A stretch of 64,000 bases of DNA from an uncultured delta proteobacterium (GCA_963736855.1 CAVTQK010000009.1:32001-96000), one strand, 5' to 3'; counted from the first letter of the stretch, positions 51,845-61,970 are shown. Numbers and translations are program-made. Notes: generated from the sequence alone by a model not told the origin.

Positions 51845-52990
51845 TCAGATGCGCTGACCTTGAACCATTGGAAGGCCTAATTCCCGGGCGTTGACGATGC
51901 TGGGTGCAGCATGGGGGAGTTTCTTTCCGAGGAAGGGCGTTATATCGGTTTCCGCCCAAACAGGATCCCCCCGAAGGATGGCAGCGACATTGGCGGCCGC
52001 AAGAACGGCCATCCCCTCCCGGGTCCAGCCGCTGGCCGAGGCGATATGGGGGACGATCACCACGTTTTCCAGATCCGACAGACCCGGTTTGAGTGTCGGT
52101 TCATCCTCGAACACATCCAATCCTGCCCGAAAACCGGGGTGCTTCCGGCAGTGCGCCACCAGCGCGGCTTCGTCGATGACCGGGCCCCGACTGGTATTGA
52201 TCAGCAGGGCGGTTTCCTTCATCAGCGAAAGGCGTTCGGCGTTAATCAAGTGGTGTGTGGATGCATCCAGGACGGTGTGGATGCTCACGAAGTCGGCTTG
52301 AGGCAGAAGGTCTTCCAACCGTTCGGTTCGCCGACAGGTCACCGGCGCCTCACCCCGGGATTCCAGGAATCGCCCATAGTCTTGGATGTAGGCTTCCAGG
52401 TCAGTATTCGGGCGCAGGTCATAATAGAGGATGTTCATTTTGAATCCTTCCGCCATCATCCTGGCGTATGCCTCGCCGATGCGTCCGGCTCCGATGATCC
52501 CTACCGTCTTTCGCCAAAGTCGTTCCCCTAAAAATAGAGTGGGGAGCCATCCGGTAAATTTTCCCGCCCTTAAAAACCGTTCCGCTTCACCGACGCGTCG
52601 GGCAGCGGCAAAGGTCAGCGCCACGGCCATCTCTGCCGTGGTTTCCGTCAGAACCCCGGGAGTATTTCCCACGGGGATCCCGTAACGGGTGGCAACGGCT
52701 AAGTCAACGTTGTTGAAACCCACGGCATAGTTGCTGTAGACCCTGCCGCCGGCCGTCTTCAGCGCGGCAAACAGCGTTTCTCCCCATGGTTCGGTCAGTT
52801 GACCGATGGCGCCGTAGCACCGGGATCCGATGGCGGACCGGATTTCATCCAGAGAGAGAGTCGCATCCGACCGGCAGATTTCCACCCGGCAGTCGGCCAC
52901 TGTTAAAATATCGAGCCAGCGGGTTCCCGGAAGCGTCTTGGTGACGATCACTCGATTTCGTCCTGCCGCATTGACCGTTTTCCATTCCAT
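51845..52990 (-). CDS. D-glycerate dehydrogenase / hydroxypyruvate reductase
   Basis: NTPGVLTETTAE, GIIGAGRIG, NTSRGPVIDE, GLDVFEDEP, PHIAS. Confidence 0.9.
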   Translation of the reverse strand: MEWKTVNAAGRNRVIVTKTLPGTRWLDILTVADCRVEICRSDATLSLDEIRSAIGSRCYGAIGQLTEPWGETLFAALKTAGGRVYSNYAVGFNNVDLAVATRYGIPVGNTPGVLTETTAEMAVALTFAAARRVGEAERFLRAGKFTGWLPTLFLGERLWRKTVGIIGAGRIGEAYARMMAEGFKMNILYYDLRPNTDLEAYIQDYGRFLESRGEAPVTCRRTERLEDLLPQADFVSIHTVLDASTHHLINAERLSLMKETALLINTSRGPVIDEAALVAHCRKHPGFRAGLDVFEDEPTLKPGLSDLENVVIVPHIASASGWTREGMAVLAAANVAAILRGDPVWAETDITPFLGKKLPHAAPSIVNARELGLPMVQGQRI

Positions 52991-53172
52991 TTTGAACCAT
53001 CCGACTCGTTTTTTCCTGATCGAACCAGCGTGAAGGAGCGATTGTGTCTAGGATTGAATTGGAAGCTACCAGAATTTTTGCTCTTGAACAATTCCGAAAT
53101 GGGGACCCGAGCCATCGAGCGGCAATTCAATGACGTCCAAGAGCTTCCGCCGATGGATGCTTAGGCAGGCAA

Positions 53173-53529
53173 TTACTCGAGCCGTCTCTTTGCAATCGGC
53201 TCTATCCAGGCCTCTTTTCCGAAAGCCTGTGTGAGCGCCTCGATGACGGCCTTCATCTTTGAAGAATCTTCGGTTTCCAAAACAAGATCGAACTCGTCGA
53301 TCAGCTTCAGCCTTCCGTGCCGCTGAAAAATTTCGATGGCCTTTTCGACGTCCACGGTGAACCATCCTTTCATGCGGCGCAAAAGCTCTTCTCCTTTGAA
53401 GGGGCGCTCGATGACCAGGTCGACCTTCCGGTATTTGGCTTCCCAGCCGATAACCGCCGGCTTTTTAAGCACCGGCCGAACCGGATCGTGGACCGCGGCA
53501 CACGTGAACCACAAAAGAGCACGTTCCAT
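53173..53529 (-). CDS. Hypothetical protein
   Basis: AAGGAAG RBS; fills the gap between genes; protein-like composition. Confidence 0.7.
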   Translation of the reverse strand: MERALLWFTCAAVHDPVRPVLKKPAVIGWEAKYRKVDLVIERPFKGEELLRRMKGWFTVDVEKAIEIFQRHGRLKLIDEFDLVLETEDSSKMKAVIEALTQAFGKEAWIEPIAKRRLE

Positions 53530-53706
53530 GGCGCTTCCTTTTTGAATAAGTCATCGTGAATGATGCTACGGAGATGAAAAACCATAGGATTTATATTTTG
53601 AGAAGTCAATGCGGGTGGCAGTGGTTGTTTGCGGCGGACATTTCATGATAGAGGTTGGTGCATAGGCATCCGAAAGATTTAAACTGATTCTTGAAAAGGC
53701 CGGAAA

Positions 53707-54360
53707 ATGGACTTATTCGAAGCGATACAAAAACGGAAAAGCGCCAGGGCTTTTTTGGACAAAACGGTGTCCCGGAAAGAGATCCAGGAGATTATCGCCT
53801 TTGCGGGGATGGCTCCCTCGGCCATTAACCTGCAGCCCTGGGAGTATGTGGTCACTTATGGAGAGGAAAAAGAACGGTTGGTCAGAAGGCTCTTAAAGGC
53901 CCGAACGGAAATGCAGGTCTCCTGCGGTCCCGGAACCGCAAAGCCGCTTCCCCGGCATTTTGCCGAAAGGAGCCGGTCCTCTGTTCGGATCATGCAACCA
54001 TTCATCGATAAGACCGGAAAGTCATTTAATCAATTCATCGAGGAAGGAAGCTGTCGTTTCTACGGCGCTCCCGTGGCCATCATTGTGACCCTGGATCAGG
54101 TTTTTCCCAAGATCCGGTACCTGGATGTGGGGTTGAGCGTGGCTTATCTGCTGCTCGCCGCCCAGGCCAAGGGGCTTGCCACCTGTCCCATCGGATTGAT
54201 CACGGCTTATGCCGATCACATCAAAGATACCCTCAGCATTCCGGAGGACAAAAAGATCCTGCTGGGCATCGCCCTGGGGTATGCGGATCCGGATGCGCCG
54301 GAAAATGCCTTTAAGATTCCGAGAGATGACCCATCGGCGATCTTGAAATGGTACGAATGA
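53707..54360 (+). CDS. Nitroreductase family protein
   Basis: RKSARAF, APSAINLQPW, GLATCPIG, IALGY. Confidence 0.92.
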   Translation: MDLFEAIQKRKSARAFLDKTVSRKEIQEIIAFAGMAPSAINLQPWEYVVTYGEEKERLVRRLLKARTEMQVSCGPGTAKPLPRHFAERSRSSVRIMQPFIDKTGKSFNQFIEEGSCRFYGAPVAIIVTLDQVFPKIRYLDVGLSVAYLLLAAQAKGLATCPIGLITAYADHIKDTLSIPEDKKILLGIALGYADPDAPENAFKIPRDDPSAILKWYE

Positions 54361-54446
54361 TCCCACCATTTGTTGGCCTGATGAGTTATCGCGTTTTCCG
54401 AATCTGCTCGAATCCATCGAAAGAACGCAAAGAAAAATAAGGTTTA

Positions 54447-55652
54447 TCATCCTTCATCGCTGAGGGTGGTATCGGTGGATACCCGCCTTGCCCCTGGTTC
54501 CGGTTCAGGCAAGAGATGGCGCGGTAAGAAAGCGATTCCGGCGATGAGAGTGGGAATCACTGCGCTGGCGATGACAGTGGCCACCAAAAAGGAGTACTGG
54601 CCCTGGCTGACGATTCCGTGCGAGAAGCCGTACAATGCGGAGATCGTGCCGAAAGTAAGCCCCGTGGACATCAGGAGGGTGTAATACCACCGCTCGTCAT
54701 TCCTTTTACGAAACAGGCCGATGATGGGGTACAAACCGAAAATCTTTGACAACACCTTTCCTCCCAGCAACGCCAGAAAAACCAGAGGTGCGGACATCAA
54801 AGTCGGTAGAGAAACGAAAGTCCCCGCCCGGATGAAGTAAAAAGGCGTAAGAAACCCCACGGTCAGGGTTCGGAGGCGTCGCACCCAGAACGTGTCACCG
54901 TTGGAAAACTCGGCAAGGAACATTCCGGCAAGATAGGCGGGAAGCACGGCCTCGCTCCCCGACCAAAGCGCCAGGGCTCCCAACCCGAACAAAACGAGAA
55001 TGACCCACTTGGTTCGGATCGCCGCCGTGCGAAATCCGTAAATCTGGGTGAAAAAGCGGCTGGAGGCAGGTAGAAAGATGAGAACGATTGTTGTGACACC
55101 GATAAAAACCAGCGTTTTAAATGTGAAAGGAGCGAACAACAAGCCAAGAGCGATGACGGTACCGAGATCGTTGATGAAGCAGGCGCCCAGGATCCCTTTG
55201 CCGAAGTCGGTTCGGTTGAATCCCGTTTCCAGCATCACCGCATACACTACCGCCATGGAAGTGGTGGAAAGGGCCACGCCGCAAAGGAGGCTTGCCCGGA
55301 GATCCCAGTTCAAAAGGTAACGAGCGATAGCCGCGCACCCTAAAAACGGCGCCAGAAAGCCAACCAAGCCCACCACCGACACCTCCTTCAATTTTTTCCG
55401 CATCACCTCCGGCTCGAGTTCGGCACCGGCTAAAAAGGTAAGCAGGACCGCACCCGAAGCTGCCAGAAATCGCAGCCACTCCAAATTGGAGCCCAGAGCA
55501 TCTCCTTTTTGGATACAACCCGCGACGGCGGCAGCGATCACTCCCACGCAGATTTCAACCAATGCGATGGACACCCGTAAATGGTATGCAACAACAGCGG
55601 AGACAACAGCCAGTCCGAGCCACAGCGCAGCAACAGCAAAGATCTGTTCCAT
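54447..55652 (-). CDS. Cation:proton antiporter (CPA2-like)
   Basis: ~12 TM segments; FLAGAELE, ALSTTS, CFINDL, TPFYF. Confidence 0.9.
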   Translation of the reverse strand: MEQIFAVAALWLGLAVVSAVVAYHLRVSIALVEICVGVIAAAVAGCIQKGDALGSNLEWLRFLAASGAVLLTFLAGAELEPEVMRKKLKEVSVVGLVGFLAPFLGCAAIARYLLNWDLRASLLCGVALSTTSMAVVYAVMLETGFNRTDFGKGILGACFINDLGTVIALGLLFAPFTFKTLVFIGVTTIVLIFLPASSRFFTQIYGFRTAAIRTKWVILVLFGLGALALWSGSEAVLPAYLAGMFLAEFSNGDTFWVRRLRTLTVGFLTPFYFIRAGTFVSLPTLMSAPLVFLALLGGKVLSKIFGLYPIIGLFRKRNDERWYYTLLMSTGLTFGTISALYGFSHGIVSQGQYSFLVATVIASAVIPTLIAGIAFLPRHLLPEPEPGARRVSTDTTLSDEG

Positions 55653-55678
55653 TCATCACCTCTTCGAATGCATGTTTC

Positions 55679-56362
55679 CTATTCAAGAAACGGGTAGCAG
55701 GACGAGACATCGTCGAAGTTGCGGCCGGAAAGGTAATCGGCGATGGCCCGATCGTAGGCAGCGGTGTGGGAAAAGGCTTTCTGGGCCAGCCGGAACCGAA
55801 GCTTCAGGGTTGTGGCGCCGTTGTTTGCCTCGAGTTCTTTGACAATGGTCGGATAATCTTCAGGATCCACCACGGATGCCACCCGGATGAAATTTTTAGA
55901 GGCCGCCCGGATCATGCAGGGACCGCCGATATCGATGTTGCCCCGTGCTGCTTCCACGGTGGTCCCCGGTCTGGAGATGGTCGCCTGAAAGGGATACAGG
56001 TTCACGACGACCATGTCGATGGGAACGCTTGCCGTACGCTTCAAGTCCCCTTGGTGTGCCTCGTTGTATGTTTCCGTCAGAAGCCCCAGGTAGACCTTGA
56101 AATCGAGGGTCTTGACCAGCCCCCCCTGGGTTTCCGGTTGCCCGGTGTATTCGGAGACTTGCCGTAGGATCGCCTTTGCCTTGTTCCCGAGGATTTCCCG
56201 GATCCGGCCGAAGGTGCCGCCCGTCGAAAAGATCCGAATGCCCGGACAGATTTCGACAAGCCGGCTCACCAGGGTTTCAAGCCCCGATTTGTCCGAAACG
56301 CTGATCAGGACGTGATTCACCTTGACCCGGTCGTCGATTTTTTCTACCACGTTGATAATCAT
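55679..56362 (-). CDS. Stand-alone IMP cyclohydrolase (PurH N-terminal MGS-like domain only)
   Basis: LISVSDKSGL, STGGT, VKTL, VVNLYPF, IDIGGP.MIRAASKN, HTAAYDRAI; stops at ~227 aa. Confidence 0.88.
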   Translation of the reverse strand: MIINVVEKIDDRVKVNHVLISVSDKSGLETLVSRLVEICPGIRIFSTGGTFGRIREILGNKAKAILRQVSEYTGQPETQGGLVKTLDFKVYLGLLTETYNEAHQGDLKRTASVPIDMVVVNLYPFQATISRPGTTVEAARGNIDIGGPCMIRAASKNFIRVASVVDPEDYPTIVKELEANNGATTLKLRFRLAQKAFSHTAAYDRAIADYLSGRNFDDVSSCYPFLE

Positions 56363-56367
56363 TGTCT

Positions 56368-57069
56368 TCACCTCTTTCCTGAATGTTCTTCTTGAAATTG
56401 CTGAAAAAAGACTTCCATGAACCGGTGGCGGTCTTCCGCCAGCCGCCTGCCGGTTTCGGTTTGCATACGATTCCGTATTTTTGACAGCTTGACTTGGTAT
56501 TCGCGAAAGCCGGTGTCGTTTTTAGAATAGGGCCGTGCGGCTTCAATTTTCACGAAAGGATTGTGCAGCCGGGCCCCGATTTCTCCGGCAAAGAGATAAG
56601 CCCGGGCGATCCCCACCGCCCCGATGGCATCCAGCTTGTCCGCATCAAAAAGGACCTTGGCTTCGATGCTTTCCGGTGCATGTTTACCGCGAAACCGGTG
56701 GGAACGGATGCAATGAAGGATATTATCGTGACGATTCCGGGAAAAGCCATAAGGGGTTATGATCGCCTCGGCCATCTGAGCCCCTTTTTCCGCATGACAG
56801 ACTCTGCCTTTGGAGGCGTCCTGGTAGCATCGGCCGATGTCATGTAAATAGGCCGCTGTCAGAAGAACTTCCATATCCGCCCCTTCAGGAGGGCCCATGC
56901 GGCGGCACAGGCGGCAGACCCGCTGCGTATGCTCCCAGTCATGACTGGCCCGGGCACCGATAAAAAGTGCTTTCACCGCAGTCGGAATTCGCTTTAAAGA
57001 TAGGATCTCTTCCTTCCGATCTTCCGGCATCAATACGACTCCGGAAATGGCGGTCTTAGGTTGCTTCAT
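56368..57069 (-). CDS. HD-domain phosphohydrolase
   Basis: SHDWEH..RV, LHDIG, HAEKGA, DADKLDAIGAVG. Confidence 0.9.
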   Translation of the reverse strand: MKQPKTAISGVVLMPEDRKEEILSLKRIPTAVKALFIGARASHDWEHTQRVCRLCRRMGPPEGADMEVLLTAAYLHDIGRCYQDASKGRVCHAEKGAQMAEAIITPYGFSRNRHDNILHCIRSHRFRGKHAPESIEAKVLFDADKLDAIGAVGIARAYLFAGEIGARLHNPFVKIEAARPYSKNDTGFREYQVKLSKIRNRMQTETGRRLAEDRHRFMEVFFQQFQEEHSGKR

Positions 57070-57081
57070 GTAAAAAGGCCT

Positions 57082-57558
57082 TCATCCTGAACGCTTGCCG
57101 GTCATGTTTTCGATGTCCACCCGGAGGATCATCATTCGCTCAAAGGCTTCGTCGGTATAGCTGAAGGGTCCATCGGCATAGTGCCTCATGATGATGTCCA
57201 TGGCATTACGTTTTATAGCCGGATCATCAATGAAACGGACCCTTCCAAAGGCCATGACGCTTGAGTAACGCATGGAGAATCGACACGCCCTTTCGTTTTT
57301 AACGAGAACGTCATCCGTATCGAATTCCACGCAGACATTTGCGTTTTTTTTGAGAATATCGATTTTCCGGCCCGCTTTGGCGGAGTGCAAAAAGAGCGCA
57401 CCGGCATCATAACCGAAACACATGGGAACAACATATGGCCGATCGCCGTCCACCATGGCGACATGGCATATCTCGGTTTTTTGAATCACCGATTCGATCT
57501 CTTGAATATCCGTGATCTCTTTTTCTTTTCGTCGCATGCTCCGGATGGCCCTATTCAA
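57082..57558 (-). CDS. Pyridoxamine 5'-phosphate oxidase / NimA-like FMN-binding protein
   Basis: MRRKEKEI, PYVVPM.FGY, HSAKAGRK, YSSVMAFG, TGK. Confidence 0.88.
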   Translation of the reverse strand: MNRAIRSMRRKEKEITDIQEIESVIQKTEICHVAMVDGDRPYVVPMCFGYDAGALFLHSAKAGRKIDILKKNANVCVEFDTDDVLVKNERACRFSMRYSSVMAFGRVRFIDDPAIKRNAMDIIMRHYADGPFSYTDEAFERMMILRVDIENMTGKRSG

Positions 57559-57826
57559 AACGATAATGCTTTTTGACGCTTTTGTGGATTTTCCAGGTGC
57601 ACGACATTCCCTTGGGGAACGTGACGAGATCCCCTGTTCCGATGGAAACGGGCTGCCCTTCCTCCGGGGTGACGATCACTTCTCCATCGAGAAAGTAGCA
57701 GGTTTCTTCGGTGTCGTAGGTCCAGGGAAACTCCGAGACCTCTTTAGTCCAGATGGGCCATTCAAAAACTCCGGCCTCTTGGAGCGTCTTCTGATCAGGC
57801 TTGCGTTCGATTTTGATTTTCTTCAT
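57551..57826 (-). CDS. Cupin (DUF861) protein
   Basis: WPIWTKEVSEFPWTYD..ETCY, GDLVTFPKGMSCTW. Confidence 0.9.
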   Translation of the reverse strand: MKKIKIERKPDQKTLQEAGVFEWPIWTKEVSEFPWTYDTEETCYFLDGEVIVTPEEGQPVSIGTGDLVTFPKGMSCTWKIHKSVKKHYRFE

Positions 57827-57850
57827 GACCGGTCCCTTTGAGATCGGATC

Positions 57851-58201
57851 TTATGTAGTTTTGGGCTCTTCGGGTGTTCCGCATACGTTGCAGCGATCGT
57901 CGGAACCGATGACGCCGATACAGGCTTCGTCCGAACAAAGTCTGCGGCTTTCCCAGTAGGCATCCAAATCCGTTGTTTCCTCCTCGGTGTCGGGTTTGGG
58001 TTCGTGCGGCCGGTATGTTCCCTTTGTATCATCGATGGGTTCGGTTGTTCGGATCTGATGGCAATTCGGATCTTCAGGTTTTCCGCAAACGCCGCAACGA
58101 CCGTCAGGGCCGATGACGCCGATACAGGCTTCGTCCGAACAAAGTCTGCGGCTTTCCCAGTCCAGCTCTTCCTGGGATTTTTCTTTTTCGTCTGCTTCCA
58201 A
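57851..58201 (-). CDS. Small acidic protein with two Cys4 repeats
   Basis: WESRRLCSDEACIGVIG.D.RC.VCG present twice. Confidence 0.75.
   Translation of the reverse strand: MEADEKEKSQEELDWESRRLCSDEACIGVIGPDGRCGVCGKPEDPNCHQIRTTEPIDDTKGTYRPHEPKPDTEEETTDLDAYWESRRLCSDEACIGVIGSDDRCNVCGTPEEPKTT
57906..58161. repeat. Identical 52-bp direct repeat, two copies 204 bp apart
   Basis: 57906-57957 equals 58110-58161. Confidence 0.9.
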
Positions 58202-58472
58202 AGCGCCCCCCTTTGCTCCACATTCATTGAAAAAAATTCATCCTTTGGCGGGCCTTCATAGCAAGAACCGCCAACACTGTAAATACGCCGGCGCTCTTTT
58301 TAGAAAACATTGATCCGATGACCGATTTAGCGATTTGAATCACCACATTGCTCCACCTTGATGGAGGTGCCCCCGATTTATATTTAACTTCATCGAATTA
58401 TTATAAAAAATATTGAGTCGAGGTCGTATTTTTTCCTTGACATTCGATTAAAAATCGGTTTTTATGCGCAAC

Positions 58473-58500
58473 AAGTGGTATAAAGTGGTATAAAAGGGTG
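58473..58500 (+). promoter_or_regulatory. MraZ-binding direct repeats
   Basis: AAGTGGTATA-AAGTGGTATA-AAAGGG with 10-bp period directly upstream of mraZ. Confidence 0.75.
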
Positions 58501-58505
58501 AATTT

Positions 58506-58952
58506 ATGTTCAGGGGGAGTTCCTTTCATTCCGTTGATGATAAAGGCCGGTTGGTCATTCCCGCTCGTTTCCGGGAAAAAATAGGGAACAGCGGGGCGGA
58601 CCGCCTGATGCTGTCGAAGCTGGACAAATGCCTCCATGCATACCCCTTCGATGAATGGAAGAAGATGGAAGGCAAGATCCTGTCTCTGGTTGAAACGAGC
58701 GACAAACTGCGCCGTTTCAGACGGGTTTTCATCGGCGGTGCTTCGGACTGCCCCATAGACAAGCAGGGACGCATGTTGATCCCGCCCCTCTTGAGACAGT
58801 ATGCGGGGATCGAGAAGGAAGTGGTCTTGGTGGGCGTCCTCAATCATTTCGAGATCTGGTCCCGGGAGAAATGGGAAGAAGAAAATAACGAAATGGAACA
58901 GGATATGAAGAAGGAGGAAGTCCGGAACGAGATTGCCAAGCTAGGGATATGA
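58506..58952 (+). CDS. mraZ: Transcriptional repressor MraZ
   Basis: MFRG, DDKGRLVIP, DKQGRMLIP, FEIWS. Confidence 0.97.
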   Translation: MFRGSSFHSVDDKGRLVIPARFREKIGNSGADRLMLSKLDKCLHAYPFDEWKKMEGKILSLVETSDKLRRFRRVFIGGASDCPIDKQGRMLIPPLLRQYAGIEKEVVLVGVLNHFEIWSREKWEEENNEMEQDMKKEEVRNEIAKLGI

Positions 58953-58955
58953 TCG

Positions 58956-59948
58956 ATGCCGTTTCATCATGTTCCCGTCATGACCCAGGAGATCCTCCAT
59001 TATCTGAAACCCGAACAGGGACGCATCTTCACGGATTGCACCCTTGGAGGCGGAGGACATGCCAGGGCAATTTTGGAAACCCTTCCGCCGGAGGGGATCC
59101 TCATCGGCATCGATTGGGACCGGGAATCAATCGCCTACGCCCAGCAGGTCCTGAAACCCTATAAAAACCGGATGCATTTGTTTCACGGCAATTTCACGCA
59201 ACTCCCGGACTACCTTCAGCAACTGAAAGTTCCGGCCGTTGACGGCATACTCCTCGATCTGGGTGCTTCCCTGCAACAACTCGAATACGCCGGAAAAGGT
59301 TTCAGTTTCAATAAGGATGAGCCTTTGGATATGCGGATGGATGATCGAACACGCATACGGGCTGAAGACCTGGTCAATGATCTGTCGGAAAAGGAGCTGG
59401 CGGATCTTTTCAAGAGTTTCGGCGAGGAGCGATGGGCCAAAAGGATCGCCAAAAATGTGGTTCGGGTCAGGATCCGCCATCGTATCCGCAGCAGTCTTGA
59501 GCTATCCGAGATCGTATCGGCGGTCGTTCCTTTGCGGACTCCGGCCGCCCGAAGGATCCATCCGGCGACCCGTGTGTTTATGGCCTTGCGCATCGCCGTA
59601 AATCGCGAACTGGAAAACCTGAAAGCCTTTTTGGATCGGGCCATCGATGTGCTCAACCCTTTGGGGCGCCTTTGTATCGTCTCTTTTCACTCCCTGGAGG
59701 ATCGGATGGTAAAGACCCGCTTCAGAGAGTTGGAGAATCCGTGCACATGTCCGCCGGATTTTCCCTGGTGCACCTGTCATCGGAAACCGGTTCTTCAAGT
59801 TCTCACGAAAAGACCGGTCAGACCTTCGGATGCAGAAATCCGAAAAAACCATATGGCACGAAGCGCCCGGCTGCGAGCTGCCGTACGGATCGGTACGGAT
59901 GTATCTCCGGTATATGGGGAAGGGATAAAGGATGATGCCCATGCCTGA
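58956..59948 (+). CDS. rsmH: 16S rRNA m4C1402 methyltransferase
   Basis: HVPVM, DCTLGGGGHA, PLDMRM, HPATRVFMALRI.VN, FHSLEDR, ARSARLR. Confidence 0.97.
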   Translation: MPFHHVPVMTQEILHYLKPEQGRIFTDCTLGGGGHARAILETLPPEGILIGIDWDRESIAYAQQVLKPYKNRMHLFHGNFTQLPDYLQQLKVPAVDGILLDLGASLQQLEYAGKGFSFNKDEPLDMRMDDRTRIRAEDLVNDLSEKELADLFKSFGEERWAKRIAKNVVRVRIRHRIRSSLELSEIVSAVVPLRTPAARRIHPATRVFMALRIAVNRELENLKAFLDRAIDVLNPLGRLCIVSFHSLEDRMVKTRFRELENPCTCPPDFPWCTCHRKPVLQVLTKRPVRPSDAEIRKNHMARSARLRAAVRIGTDVSPVYGEGIKDDAHA

Positions 59949-60237
59949 GCGCACCGGGAAAAGACCGGGGAGACGGATCGCCGTCATCCCCTGGTTGGTG
60001 ATCCTGAGTCTCTTTGTGATGGAGCTTTTTTTCTACACTTGGTGCGGCGTACAATCCATGAAAGTCAGCTACGAAATTTCAAATGCCATGGATCGACACA
60101 ATGAGCTCGCTATGCTTGAAAAGAGTCTGACCATCGAGCTTGCCCACCTTCGTTCGCCCCAGAGCCTTTCCGAGTTGACACGAAAGCAGTTTGAGTTGCA
60201 TATGCCGACACCAGAACAGGTGATGATGTTTCCATGA
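59941..60237 (+). CDS. ftsL: Cell division protein FtsL
   Basis: One TM segment plus coiled coil, between rsmH and ftsI. Confidence 0.8.
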   Translation: MPERTGKRPGRRIAVIPWLVILSLFVMELFFYTWCGVQSMKVSYEISNAMDRHNELAMLEKSLTIELAHLRSPQSLSELTRKQFELHMPTPEQVMMFP

Positions 60238-61970
60238 AAGAAAAGCGCAAAAACAAAGTCGGGTTGCGCATCAACGTCATCGGGTGCCTTTTCGGGATGT
60301 TTGTGGCCGCCATTGCAACCAAGGCTGTTTATATTCAGGTATTCTGCAATGCCATGCTGTCGGAAAAGGCCGCGGATCAGTACAAAAGATCAATGATCTC
60401 CCGCGGTAAACGGGGGACCATTTACGATCGCAATTACAGCGAATTGGCCATGACCAACGAATCGCCGTCTATTGCCGCATACCCCGGGCATATCCAAGAA
60501 ACGCAACAGATGGTGCGCTCCCTTGTCAAGGAACTGCGTATCGAACGAAAAGAGTTGGTCCGGAAACTGTCTTCCAAAAAGAATTTCGTGTGGGTTAAAC
60601 GTCAAGTTTCACCCCGGGAAACCCTTAGTGTCAAGGCCCTGCAAATCGAGGGCATCGATTTTATTCCGGAACACAGCCGGTTTTATCCGAACCGAGCCCT
60701 GGCCGCCCAGGTCGTCGGTTTTTCAGGAATCGACGGCCGCGGCCTGGAAGGGATCGAATTCTATTACGACCGGTATCTGCGGGGAGAAGACGGTGAATTC
60801 GAAGTCGTCAAGGATGCACTGGGCCGCAATCTGGAAGACGGGGCAGAGAATGATCGGGATTTCAGCGGTAACAACCTGGTTCTGACCGTCGATAGAACCA
60901 TTCAATATATTGCGGAAAACGCCGTTAAAGAGGCGGTGGAGACTTTTTCGGCCAAATCCGGACTTGCCGTCGTGATGGAGCCGGCAACCGGCCAGGTTCT
61001 GGCCATGGCCCACTATCCATTCCTCAACCCCAACGATTTTCAGTCTTTCAGCCGTAATACGTGGCGCAACCGAGCGGTGACGGATGCCTTTGAGCCGGGT
61101 TCCACCATGAAGATCTTCACTGCTGCGGCAGCCTTGGAGACCGGAAGCATTTCCGGAAAAACGATTTTTTTCTGTGAAAACGGGAACTATCAGGTCGGAA
61201 AGCACACTATTCATGACACCCATCCCCATGGATGGATGACCCTTAAAGATATCGTCAGGTATTCAAGTAATATCGGGGCGGCTAAAGTGAGTCACGCCAT
61301 CGGCGCCGAAGCTCTGCACGGGACCCTTCGCGCTTTTGGGTTTGGAGAAAAGACCGGCATCGACTGTCCCGGCGAGACCCCGGGAAGCCTGGCGCCTCAC
61401 GAAAAATGGAAAAGGATCGATGAGGCGGTCATTGCTTTCGGCCAGGGAGTTTCCGTTTCGGCCTTACAGCTGATCACCGCGGTTTCGGCCATCGCCAACG
61501 GCGGGGTCCTCATGAAGCCGTATCTGGTATTAGGGATTACCAACAAAGACGGTCGCCTGTTGACGACGTTCGGGCCCCAAAAGGTTAGCAAGGTCATTTC
61601 AGAAAATACCGCCCTGGCCGTCCGGCAGATGATGCAGGCCGTGATCGAGGAAGAGGGGACAGGGGCAAAGGCCGCCCTGGACGGATACTCCGTCGGAGGT
61701 AAAACCGGTACGGCACAGAAGGTAGATGGAAAAGGGGCATATGCCAACGGGAAATATGTTTCTTCTTTCGTTGGATTCGCCCCATTTGAACATCCCAGAA
61801 TCTCTGTTTTGGTCATTGTGGATGAGCCGAAGACCGCCTATTACGGCGGCACAGTGGCCGCCCCCGCCTTTCGGCGGATCTCCCAGGAGACCCTGGGATA
61901 TCTGAATGTGCCGCCGGATGAAAAACCGGAAAAGCTGACTGCCTGGTCCGGGCCCGGGGAGGCGGGATGA
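60234..61970 (+). CDS. ftsI: Peptidoglycan D,D-transpeptidase FtsI (PBP3)
   Basis: RGTIYDRN, EPGSTMK, SSN, KTGTAQK. Confidence 0.95.
   Translation: MKEKRKNKVGLRINVIGCLFGMFVAAIATKAVYIQVFCNAMLSEKAADQYKRSMISRGKRGTIYDRNYSELAMTNESPSIAAYPGHIQETQQMVRSLVKELRIERKELVRKLSSKKNFVWVKRQVSPRETLSVKALQIEGIDFIPEHSRFYPNRALAAQVVGFSGIDGRGLEGIEFYYDRYLRGEDGEFEVVKDALGRNLEDGAENDRDFSGNNLVLTVDRTIQYIAENAVKEAVETFSAKSGLAVVMEPATGQVLAMAHYPFLNPNDFQSFSRNTWRNRAVTDAFEPGSTMKIFTAAAALETGSISGKTIFFCENGNYQVGKHTIHDTHPHGWMTLKDIVRYSSNIGAAKVSHAIGAEALHGTLRAFGFGEKTGIDCPGETPGSLAPHEKWKRIDEAVIAFGQGVSVSALQLITAVSAIANGGVLMKPYLVLGITNKDGRLLTTFGPQKVSKVISENTALAVRQMMQAVIEEEGTGAKAALDGYSVGGKTGTAQKVDGKGAYANGKYVSSFVGFAPFEHPRISVLVIVDEPKTAYYGGTVAAPAFRRISQETLGYLNVPPDEKPEKLTAWSGPGEAG

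Noticed and set aside
55653..55678. Fluoride riboswitch upstream of the antiporter
   Set aside because: The gap is only 26 bp and no crcB motif is visible
57906..58161. 52-bp direct repeats as a CRISPR array or DGR template/variable repeat
   Set aside because: Only two copies, in frame within a coding region, no adenine-specific differences, and no cas or reverse transcriptase gene nearby
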